A stretch of 64,000 bases of DNA from assembly GCA_009859145.1 (NCBI GenBank), contig VRVR01000053.1, forward strand, positions 62,001-126,000, given 5' to 3'. The position numbers were made by a program, and so were the translations under genes. Shown here piece after piece: positions 51,223-60,005 of this stretch (position 1 is the first letter of the stretch; each line of letters starts with the position of its first letter). The DNA is from Andalucia godoyi And28. Lineage: Eukaryota; Protista; Jakobida. The notes under the pieces were generated by a model that was not told where the DNA came from, made no database searches, and saw only the letters and a program-made list of their open reading frames with translations.

Positions 51223-51228
<6 letters not shown>

Positions 51229-51317
51229 GGAAAGACGTTGAAACAGACAAGATCAACTGCTTGCATGCGGAGGGAAAAAGGAAAGCAAAACGCAAACAGC
51301 ATCATCATCGATTTCTG

Positions 51318-52196
51318 TCAGCTCGGACGAGTCGTCTTCATCAAGATGGAAAAATGGATGTGATCTGAACGAAGCCCCTCAGGGACCAATTTCCACCACT
51401 CCACCGGCGGAATTCTCGATACTGTGAAACTCCCTGCAACACTTTGGAAAAATAAGTCCTGCGCCTCCTTGTTTCGAATCTCGGAAACACAGAACACGAC
51501 AGTCGCATCCGTGCAGAGATTGTTCAACGTGCCGACCAATGCGTCGGCTGACGCTTCTGAATAGATGCAGTCTGCAAGAATAACAAGGTCCGGGTATCCG
51601 TGTTGGTGGATATACGACTCCTCGTCTGCTGCATTTCCCCAAGAGAGCTGCATTGCGTGAACGCGGTTTCCAACGTGATTTGCGACTATATTCTGCTGCA
51701 TCACTGGCACTAACTGCGGGATGTCTGTGATGACGACCTCTGCACCCAGAGCACCGACGAACAAGCCTGGTAGTCCCACTCCAGCACCAAGCTCAAGGAC
51801 CTTCAGCTTTGAAATACTGAGCATCCGATGACTGTGAACAACATACTTCCCAAGCTTCTTGTTTCTGCTCGCTTCGGTTTCCAACCGCGTCACAGCCAGC
51901 ATGTAGCAGCAAAAAACCTGCGCAGAATCCCATATGTATCCACCCAGATGCGGGGAGTGGGGGTCTTGCAAAATCCGAATCTTGTGATTTGCAACGTAAA
52001 TATCCAGACTCTGCGCCGCCTGCGATGTCCAACGGTCCAAAGACGACATTTCAACAGTCTTGAACACTCCATCTTCCCACAGATTCAGATCAACACGGTA
52101 CAAGGGCACGTCGTCACGAAGAACAGAATACATCACTGGAGGCGGAAGTGCAATCGGGAAAACATCTGATGGATGCGGATACGACGGAACGCTCAT
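51318..52196 (-). CDS. METTL21/Nnt1-like (Methyltransf_16) protein lysine methyltransferase (292 aa from the first ATG)
   Basis: GGYIWDSA, VLELGAGVGLPG, VVITD, LSWG and LVILADCIY motifs. The ORF track starts at a GTG in low-complexity intergenic DNA. Confidence 0.92.
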   Translation of the reverse strand: MSVPSYPHPSDVFPIALPPPVMYSVLRDDVPLYRVDLNLWEDGVFKTVEMSSLDRWTSQAAQSLDIYVANHKIRILQDPHSPHLGGYIWDSAQVFCCYMLAVTRLETEASRNKKLGKYVVHSHRMLSISKLKVLELGAGVGLPGLFVGALGAEVVITDIPQLVPVMQQNIVANHVGNRVHAMQLSWGNAADEESYIHQHGYPDLVILADCIYSEASADALVGTLNNLCTDATVVFCVSEIRNKEAQDLFFQSVAGSFTVSRIPPVEWWKLVPEGLRSDHIHFSILMKTTRPS

Positions 52197-52515
52197 CGGG
52201 GCCCTAACTTGTCTTCCTCCTCCTCCTCTTCTTCCTCCTGCTCTTCCACTTTCTCCTCCTCCTCTCTTGCCTTTTGCTTCTTTGTTGCTCGGTTTCGGTG
52301 GAGAAAAATCGAAGACCAATTTTTCTGCGGAAATTCCTGAAGCAGCGAGAACACTCAAGGCCTCAAGCGGCTGCCTTTTTAAATTACCCAAAAGGTCCGA
52401 AATCCAATCGATCCTGTGTGAGTTGCCAGCAAAAAACCGATAAAGAAGAAGGAACACCGATACGTTGTTGATACTTGGATCGATTGTAACCGGCACCTAC
52501 AAACCAGAGCAAAGA

Positions 52516-52731
52516 ATGAGTGACAAGGAGAGCAGGATGAGACAGCGAGCACGCCGTCTTGTGGAGCAGCGCACAGACGAAGAATGGGAGTATTTGCGAG
52601 AATATGGAAAAAAAACTCCTCTGAACGTCTGGTTTTCTGTCGTTGCGTGGACGGGCGTAGCAATTGCCATTGCATATGCCTTGCATTTTCACTACCGCGT
52701 TGATCTGACAAAGTACTTTCTTTCCTCCTAA
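52516..52731 (+). CDS. Small putative tail-anchored membrane protein (71 aa)
   Basis: MSDKESRMRQRARRLVEQRTDEEWEYLREYGKK followed by one hydrophobic helix (VWFSVVAWTGVAIAIAYAL) near the C-terminus. Divergent from the methyltransferase. Confidence 0.55.
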   Translation: MSDKESRMRQRARRLVEQRTDEEWEYLREYGKKTPLNVWFSVVAWTGVAIAIAYALHFHYRVDLTKYFLSS

Positions 52732-53101
52732 TTGCACCAATTACACGTCCCGACTGCTCTATTCGTTGCTGTGCTCGGGTGATCCAGGCACAGCTTCTGC
52801 CCGTCGTTTGGATCACGATGCCACAGGCAGCTCCACAACGCCATAACCCCACAACGTTCCTCCTCTGATGTTTCTGTTTGATGAATTCCACTCTATTCGC
52901 TTGCCCTTTGCCTTCATACATCGCATCTTCCGACAATAAAATAATGGAAAGAAATGTACTCTGTCCTCGTTCTCACTGGGGCCGTTGGCAACGTTTGAAC
53001 TGTTCTTGCAGTGTGTTTTTTCTTCTTTTCTTTTCGTTTTCATCGTCTTTGACAAGTTTTCTTCCGTCTGGTAAGAACTATATAAAAACGAATTTTCCCT
53101 C

Positions 53102-54232
53102 TTGGAGGCATGGCCAAAACTGCAGGAACGACCCGAAAAGACGTACGATGTTTTCAAGACAGGTGCTTCGGAAACGGGCCGCAGGCAGAAAGCTGCACTT
53201 CTTACCAAACGACTCTCTACAAGAGCGCCCCAGCTTCGCGAGCTTTATGCGCGAACTATGATGGCGCATGTACGTGTGTACTGGGGGGGCCTTGCCCCTT
53301 AGACAATTGATTTGTGGGATCGATTGTCATGCAACATTGCAATAGCAGCAGGCGTTTCCACAAAATTCAATTCCGAAATTCCGGCAATTACTTCGTTTTG
53401 CCAAAAAGAAAACATTGAATAAAACACTGTTGTGTTCATATATTGATATTTTTCCTTTTATTTGGCACCACGTCGCCGCACTTCGCCGCGCGTTGTCGGG
53501 TTTATCCTTTTCGTCTTCCTCATCCTTTTCCTGCTTTCGGGACCCTAGTTGTCGCCGCCGACCGTAGTGGTTCGAGCAACGGCACCTTTTTGAGTTTCTC
53601 TCTCTTTTGTTCGTTCGTTCGTTCGTTCGTTCGTTCGTTCGTTCGTTCGTTCGTTTGTTCGTTTGTTAGTTTATTTGCTTCTGTTTTTTCTTGTGCTTGT
53701 TATCTTTTCTTTGTGCGTATTTCTAAAATAACGTAAATAGTAGTTTATTTCAGTTTTAAGAGTACTCTTTATTACAGAACCACCACATCGGTGTGTGCCA
53801 TCCGGCGAGCCCATCGAGAAGCGGTTCAGGAATTTCGAGCTAATCGACGCGTACTGCACGACGAAAAATAAATGCTGCGGCTGTGGAAATAACCTTGGAT
53901 TACCTTTTCTTTCGGTTCCGCCAGCAGCCAAAGAGGGGTGCGCATGAAGATGTCTGCGAATCCAGCCACTCGCCGCGAGCGATTCGTGCCCCCGGAGGGT
54001 TGAGACACTGGGCCACAGCGAACTGTCCATCTAACCGCCGAGGCATGGACCGCGATGAACATTCGTCAGTCCGGCCGCAGTTTCTTGTGTCGGAATCCAC
54101 CGGGTATTCCCAGTGCAAGCGAGTTGGAGTCTGGTCTACGGCGTCCCTGAAAGCTGGGTGCGAGGACTACGACCATTTCCCTGCATTCTGTGCATTTGAG
54201 GTAAAATGGAGGTGTTGCCCTCACAGGCGCAG
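53102..54232 (+). mobile_element. Fz-D: heavily degraded Fanzor2-like element (Fz-B subfamily); ends approximate
   Basis: N-terminal-like KRLSTRAPQLRELYART..HVRVY (53102-53302) and DLWD. Bridge region RRKIN....ITLDYLFFRFRQQ (to 53927). PGGLRHW..NCPS..GMDRDEH (54045-54062). 3' motifs TTGGAGTCTG (shared with Fz-B), TGCGAGGACT (54159-54168), a hairpin, and CAG at 54224-54226 or 54230-54232. Confidence 0.6.
53609..53652. repeat. (GTTC)11 microsatellite inside the Fz-D relic
   Basis: Direct reading of the sequence. Confidence 0.93.
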
Positions 54233-54289
54233 TGTAAAACTTGAAGTAATCCAGCAGCCTTTTCAGCTTCTGTCATTTATTTCTTTGGT

Positions 54290-55693
54290 GTGCTTCGCTG
54301 TCGAGCTTTTCGCGCTGTGGACGAAGGAGATCGGGGAAACATGCGATTCCATACGCTGCAGAGCTTGGACGTTGCGTACTTCAAAAGAATCGTGCCGTCC
54401 GTGCTGACGGGGACCGCAGAGGAGCTGAGCCGTTATAATCGGGATTGGATGGGAAAGTTCATGGGATCTTCGGGTGTCGTACTGCGGCCGACTTCGACTT
54501 CTCAGGTTTCCGACATTCTGCGGTACTGCAATGATCGAAGAATTGCGGTGGTTCCCCAGTCTGGCAACACTGGTCTTGTTGGGGGGTCCGTCCCGGTGCA
54601 CAGCGAAGTTATTGTGTCGATGGAATTGATGAACCGCGTGGAGAACATCGATGCATCTCGTCGACTATTGAAATGTGAATCTGGCTGCGTTCTCGGAAAG
54701 ATCAATGCAGATCTGTTGGCGCATGGTCTTGAAATGCCGCTCGATATGGGATCCAGTGGGTCGTGCATGGTCGGTGGCAACGTGGCCACGAACGCAGGAG
54801 GCATTCGGTACATCAAGTACGGAGGAATGCACAGCACCGTGCTTGGTCTCGAAGTTGTTCTTCCAAATGGATCTACCATGGATCTAAACTACAGCGCAGC
54901 AGTAATGAAGGATTCTACAGGACTGCCCATCAAAGATCTCTTTATCGGCTCGGAAGGCCTACTGGGCATCATCACCAAAGTAGCAGTTCGTCTGTTCGCA
55001 AAGCCGTCCAATCCGCAGTTGTTACTTGTTCGAACTTCCTCGAGTACGAACATCAGCGATTCTGAATTTGCGATTCCCGACTTCTCCGCAGTGGAAAAAG
55101 TGCACTACCTGACCCAGCGACACCGCGTGCAATTGTCTGCATTCGAAGCATTCAACCACTGTGTTCTTATCGAATCTGATGTTCCGTTCTCCGAAGACTT
55201 CGTTTCCAGTTTGTCCAACCTCTTCCCGTCATCCTCCATTGCGCAGTCTGAGACGGAGCGGCAATCCATGTGGCGTTTGCGCGAACAAATGCCTGTTCGT
55301 GCATCTCAACGAGCGAAAGACTTGCAAAAGACTCTGCACAAGTTTGATGTTTCCGTTCCGATCCACAACTACACCGAATTTTGCACAGATGTCGACAGGA
55401 TAGCACGAGATCATTTGAAGGACCCCGGAGATCCTCCAACATCCATTTACGGACACTATGCAGACGGAAACCTCCATGTGAACGTCGTTGGGACGTTTTC
55501 AGAAGCTGCCGAGAACGAGATCTATGACGCGGTGTGCAAGTATGGAGGGTCCGTTTCAGCAGAACACGGAATCGGACTCATGAAAAAGGCGGCACTGAAA
55601 AAGCAAAAGTCTGCAGAGGCGATCCGCATTATGCGAGGAATCAAGAGTGTGTTCGATCCACACGGAATCATGAACCCGGAAAAGGTCATCTAG
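54290..55693 (+). CDS. D2HGDH: D-2-hydroxyglutarate dehydrogenase (FAD-binding oxidoreductase/transferase type 4); start at GTG 54290 or ATG 54341
   Basis: VLRPTSTSQVSDIL.YC....AVVPQSGNTGLVGGSVP, GSC.VGGNVATNAGG, LFIGSEG.LGIIT, YGHYADGNLH, GSVSAEHGIG..K and FDPHGIMNP.K motifs. Confidence 0.95.
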   Translation: MLRCRAFRAVDEGDRGNMRFHTLQSLDVAYFKRIVPSVLTGTAEELSRYNRDWMGKFMGSSGVVLRPTSTSQVSDILRYCNDRRIAVVPQSGNTGLVGGSVPVHSEVIVSMELMNRVENIDASRRLLKCESGCVLGKINADLLAHGLEMPLDMGSSGSCMVGGNVATNAGGIRYIKYGGMHSTVLGLEVVLPNGSTMDLNYSAAVMKDSTGLPIKDLFIGSEGLLGIITKVAVRLFAKPSNPQLLLVRTSSSTNISDSEFAIPDFSAVEKVHYLTQRHRVQLSAFEAFNHCVLIESDVPFSEDFVSSLSNLFPSSSIAQSETERQSMWRLREQMPVRASQRAKDLQKTLHKFDVSVPIHNYTEFCTDVDRIARDHLKDPGDPPTSIYGHYADGNLHVNVVGTFSEAAENEIYDAVCKYGGSVSAEHGIGLMKKAALKKQKSAEAIRIMRGIKSVFDPHGIMNPEKVI

Positions 55694-55712
55694 CCCGAAA
55701 GCTACCGCTCGC

Positions 55713-55850
55713 CTGGAATGTACACGAAACATGGCGAATCAAATTGCCGACCCTTCACATGCAGTCTTGCATCGGAACCGAAGATGGTTTTCCACTCAGA
55801 AAAAAAAAAGGAGGGGGACGGGGGAGATAGGCTCCAGTACGCCGAAGTGT
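55713..55850 (-). ncRNA. Putative omegaRNA scaffold of Fz-C
   Basis: GG-AA-AACC-ATCTTC-GGTT-CC hairpin, perfect ATGC-AAGACT-GCAT stem-loop, GGC-AAT-TTG-ATT-C-GCC hairpin, terminal TTCCAG. Confidence 0.55.
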
Positions 55851-56834
55851 TCTTCCAATAGATGTTGCGCACATCATTCCAACCTCGATCTTGACGTGTC
55901 GGAATGACGATGTGGTCGGGCGTGAATGAAAGAACAGGCGAAAGGAATAGCATTGTCTGAAATTTCTGGGTATGTGGGGGTAAGGAATGGTAAAGAGTGG
56001 ATAGCAAGTTGGAACGTTTGGTATGTGTGCAGTACGATGGATGTCAAGGCTGGCTTGCTTGGGAACGGTGCGCAATGGCCGTGGAAGCCAACGGAAAATC
56101 TGCTTCAGAATCCGATTGTCGCTGAAATCCCTGTGTCCGTTCCTCAGAAGACGGGAGAGTGTCGGTATTGCCATCGCCGTAGAGCGTCATCTTGCGATGC
56201 TCTAAAAGGATATCGACATTTCGCATGATATTGTACAGACGAAATATAAACACTTGGATTCTATCCATTGCTGTTCATGTGTCAGTTGCCCCTTCTTTTC
56301 CTGCCTGTTTCGTCCTCTTTTTTGTTCCCCCACCTCTTTATGACCGTTCTCTTGTTTTTCGAAGCAGCAAAGACATTTCATTGCTTGCCGCCGAGCTTTT
56401 TTGCTGCCATGCTTGATGCTGAAAGTGCTCGTATACGACAGAACGAGTGTTGCGCAGTCTCTCCAGCGCGTCAAGCTAGCGACTTACGGCATTTGCGGGC
56501 AGCTCTTTCAGCCTCTCTCTGTCCAGGGATGCGTCGAACTGGAGAGACGGAACACTGCTGAAGATCCCTTTTAGCAAGTCTCGCTAGGCTTGACAGGCTG
56601 AACGGGAATACTGTGCAGCGACTGGTTAAAAAAACGGTGCCGACTTGCTCTTCAACGGCGCTCTCTCCTGCAGAGGACTTCGAGTGAACTGTCAAATCAG
56701 CAAAACATGCTTCATTTAGTTTACGGAACCCCCTTTCTGGTGGTGTTTTTTCTGCACCCGGCCGATTGAAGTCGCGATTTCTGGTGCTCAGCGGGCGGGT
56801 CTTCTCTTGATCTTCGCTGGAACTGTTCAGTCAT
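55713..56834 (-). mobile_element. Fz-C: degraded Fanzor2-like element (Fz-A subfamily); left end approximate
   Basis: RuvC-III-like DRGWNDVRNIYWK (55890-55852) aligns with Fz-A DRDWNGARSIYLK at protein and DNA level. It also has GGAGCCT (55835-55829), an exact GATGCAAGACTGC (55773-55761), a hairpin, and CAG ending at 55713. Upstream remnants: KIKRRP/AEHQK..L..AGCR (~56814), LKELPANAVSR, GTDTGI, LDIHRTA. Confidence 0.78.
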
Positions 56835-56917
56835 ACTAATGCTTCGATGATGTATCACCTGTGCAGTCCGGTGCGCATGATTTGTTCGTCAACTCGTGCT
56901 CTTGTTGTGAGGCTTTT

Positions 56918-56924
<7 letters not shown>

Positions 56925-56954
<30 letters not shown>
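56925..56954. repeat. (GT)15 microsatellite
   Basis: Direct reading of the sequence. Confidence 0.95.
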
Positions 56955-56955
<1 letters not shown>

Positions 56956-56996
56956 AAGACAGCATTGTTTATCGTTACTCATAGCGGCTCGCGCAC

Positions 56997-59036
56997 ATGT
57001 CTAGAGCGTCTCCTTCTGTGAATCCACGGACGGACGGGTCACCTGCAAGCAACGGAGATGATCCGTCTTTTGCACCCCCTCCAATGCTGGAATTCAAGCT
57101 CGGTCCACTGCTCAACCTTTATGCAACTTCAGAAACGTCAGTTTGTTTCACCGTTTTAGTCGTGGCATCGGTGCCTGCGAGAGCTGCGGCAGAACAGTAC
57201 CTTTCGCAGTTCAAACTGAAATACATTTATGAGCAGTCTTACAATGCTTTGGACGTTCAAGAAGAAAGGCGACCCGACCCACTCGCGATTGGTGCCGACG
57301 TCGGAGAAGATGGCAAGATCCTGATGCAGCGAGTGGGAATATCGTCGGACTACGCTTTGCGCTTCACCATGACACTCCAGAAATTTCCTAGAACGAGTGT
57401 GGCCGTCGATCCATTGTCTGGCAGCGGACAAGTGTCCTCTCGACTGCACGAGACCTACTGGTGTCATTATGCGATCGTTTGGGGAACAACATCGTCGACC
57501 ATCCTCTTCAATGTGCCTGTTCCTTCAATAGGAACGGACCACAGAATGGCATTCTATTCCTGCAACGGGTTTCAGGTCGATCCGTTTTCGTCGCCAAGGA
57601 TGCAAGAACGCGTAGCCCAGCGGTTTTCCATTCGGTCGGAAGAACAGTGGGGCAAGTTCTGGAAATTGCATGAAAGTCGTCCTGTCCACGTGTTGTTCGG
57701 AATCGGAGATCAGCTGTATTGCGATGGCGCTCTGTCCGTTCCGGAGATCTACAAGCGGATTCTGTGCGATTCTTCCGGGCACAAGAGAAAAGGCAAAGAG
57801 CTGTATGCACTGTGGACAGCACAGCACGACGAGCAGACGCTTGCGAATGTTGGCAAACAAGTCGAAGATTTTGCGTTCAGCAATTACCGCAGGAACTGGA
57901 ACTTGTCCCAGGTCCGAAGAGTCTTTGCGTCGATTCCACAGATCAACACCATCGACGACCATGATGTCATAGATGGTTACAATTGTTATCCTCCAGAGCT
58001 CCTTGGTGCGCCGCTGTACCAACTGATCACAACCATTTTGCTAAAGCACGTGTATTTGTTCCAGCACCACGTCTTTGAATCGCCCGCAGACCCACACCAC
58101 AAGAGATACGTTGAACAGGGTACGATGAATCTCTTTTATGATTTCGGGTCAACGGCGGTGATCTGCGTCGATACCCGCACGCAGCGAAATGAGAACCGAG
58201 TGGTTGAGGAAAACTCAATGCGCGTGATAATGCGGTACTTGGATGACTATCTTGGAAACAAAGCGCTGGACGCTGCCAAGCACCCTCATACAAGCTTCAC
58301 TGGCGACAGAATGTCGACTCGGTCTGCAGGCGGAGTTGCAGAGACGTCGAACTCGGGGCACAAATTAACCACCGGAACGCATTCCGTGTGCCGCAAAATT
58401 GATCACCTCCTCATTGTTTTCCCGGTTCCTATACTGTTTCCGCGGATTCCCTCAACGATGCAGTCCTTTGCGAAGCTTGCGGGCGCGAATGTCTTTGGCC
58501 TTCCAGAACTGAAGGATGATCTTCGAGACCAGTGGCGACACAGGTGCCATCGAGAAGAAAGATGGGCCTGGCTTCGCGGTTTTCATGACCTGGGGGCCGC
58601 ACACCATGTTCGGATGTCTTTTGTTTCAGGAGATGTGCATGTCGGAGGCCGAGGGTACATCTACAACGCCCGTGACAAGAAGACAGAGGGGTCTCCGTGG
58701 TTCATGAATCAGATAATAACATCTGCCATGGTGAACGAATGTCCTCCACATGGCGCTCGCATGGCGCTGACCATGCTGTCCCTCTTTCGCGAACACGTGT
58801 TCCGCTCTGGAAAGGATCGCATTCTTTCTCGAATGGAGCCGTGGTTCAAGAGACCGCTAGACAAACCGCTGCGACTGATCCGAAAGAAATTCCTCATTCG
58901 TCGTCGCAATTTTGCTGTTTTGCAAGAGTCCGCGGGACGATCGCTCGATGTAGCCTTGTATGCGGGATGTTCCATTTCCCGGAAGCACCCCACAGGTCTC
59001 AAAGAGTATGGGTATTTCATCGACCCTCTTATGTGA
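56997..59036 (+). CDS. PhoD-like metallophosphatase (679 aa)
   Basis: AFYSCNGF, GIGDQLYCD, IDDHDVIDGY, VDTRTQR, DDLRDQW and VSGDVHVG motifs. Confidence 0.88.
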   Translation: MSRASPSVNPRTDGSPASNGDDPSFAPPPMLEFKLGPLLNLYATSETSVCFTVLVVASVPARAAAEQYLSQFKLKYIYEQSYNALDVQEERRPDPLAIGADVGEDGKILMQRVGISSDYALRFTMTLQKFPRTSVAVDPLSGSGQVSSRLHETYWCHYAIVWGTTSSTILFNVPVPSIGTDHRMAFYSCNGFQVDPFSSPRMQERVAQRFSIRSEEQWGKFWKLHESRPVHVLFGIGDQLYCDGALSVPEIYKRILCDSSGHKRKGKELYALWTAQHDEQTLANVGKQVEDFAFSNYRRNWNLSQVRRVFASIPQINTIDDHDVIDGYNCYPPELLGAPLYQLITTILLKHVYLFQHHVFESPADPHHKRYVEQGTMNLFYDFGSTAVICVDTRTQRNENRVVEENSMRVIMRYLDDYLGNKALDAAKHPHTSFTGDRMSTRSAGGVAETSNSGHKLTTGTHSVCRKIDHLLIVFPVPILFPRIPSTMQSFAKLAGANVFGLPELKDDLRDQWRHRCHREERWAWLRGFHDLGAAHHVRMSFVSGDVHVGGRGYIYNARDKKTEGSPWFMNQIITSAMVNECPPHGARMALTMLSLFREHVFRSGKDRILSRMEPWFKRPLDKPLRLIRKKFLIRRRNFAVLQESAGRSLDVALYAGCSISRKHPTGLKEYGYFIDPLM

Positions 59037-59332
59037 CCCAGCATGGGTTGTCCAGTGCCCAGTCCGTAAGGCCGATTCCTACTCTTACTATTCATAAACG
59101 CTCATATCTGCCGTTGTTCCTATCGCCTTCCAGCAAGTGACCGACTGTAAAATACGTGCTTTGCCTTTTTTTTCTTCTTTCTCTTATGCAGTGGTCCGTC
59201 GACAGCCGTCGATTGCGCAGCGGTTGCTTTTTCTTCGTCCATCCCATTTTGGGGAAAACACCAAATGCCTCCGACGACGATGACGATGCTGATGTCGGTG
59301 TTGTATGCAGGTGATCCTTGTGTAGCTGGAAA

Positions 59333-59860
59333 ATGGCGCCTCGGAAAGTGAAGTGTAGTTCTTCGACAGACTCTCAGTTGCGTTCTTTTCTTTCTCCCGC
59401 GCAGTATGAAGCACTGCAATCGTCGTTGCGACCAAAAGACGCTGCTGCTTCGACATCCACGGTTCGAAGACCGCCCCCGCCATTGCGTGACTCTGCGTCC
59501 TCGAAGATTTCCGCACTGTTTGCCTCGTCGGATGCACCACGGATTCCAAAGGATAAAGTTCATCGATTTGCGTCCGGAGAGCTGGCTGTGGCATCCGAAC
59601 ATCTAGTTCGCCAGGAGGTTCATTCTCTCCGCGATTGGTTCGCTACATACGGAAAGGTTGATGATAAAAAGCAGGAGACATTTGGACAGACAGGGCAGTT
59701 GTCCACGACAAAATCGAATGCGTTCAAATCGAGCCGGCAGTCGACGTCGACGCTGAGCTCGGCATCGACCGCAAAGGATCTTGAGCAAGCTGTGCAGTCC
59801 CCGGGCTGGGGCTCTCGCAGAGCAGTATCTGTGACGCTGAGGCGTGGGCGTCTTGTATAG
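59333..59860 (+). CDS. Hypothetical protein (175 aa)
   Basis: ATG-initiated S/T-rich ORF ending just before an AT-rich 3' region. No family recognised. Confidence 0.55.
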   Translation: MAPRKVKCSSSTDSQLRSFLSPAQYEALQSSLRPKDAAASTSTVRRPPPPLRDSASSKISALFASSDAPRIPKDKVHRFASGELAVASEHLVRQEVHSLRDWFATYGKVDDKKQETFGQTGQLSTTKSNAFKSSRQSTSTLSSASTAKDLEQAVQSPGWGSRRAVSVTLRRGRLV

Positions 59861-60005
59861 AGTGGTGACTGACAGTAATTGCTTTTTTAAATTTCATTTT
59901 AAATAATAATAATAAAAAAGGATTAGTTATTATCGCAATTTTTTAATTTTAATTAATTTTTGGAGCCAAAGTAAAGCATTACGTCGGAGAAGGACAAAGA
60001 TGCCG

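Noticed and set aside
52197-52496. 100-aa N-terminal extension of the methyltransferase from GTG 52496
   Set aside because: It crosses a purine-rich GGA-type low-complexity tract and the probable shared promoter. ATG 52196 already precedes the complete domain.
53461-53592. GC-rich structured stretch with GGTTCGAG and a T5 run, as a possible Pol III ncRNA
   Set aside because: The B box is imperfect (GTTCGAGCA), there is no A box or cloverleaf, and it does not match 5S, U6, SRP or tRNA. It lies inside the Fz-D relic.
55970-56032. GTATGT...GCAG putative 63-nt intron in a plus-strand 100-aa ORF
   Set aside because: The spliced product has no recognisable features, and the region is better explained by the minus-strand Fz-C relic.
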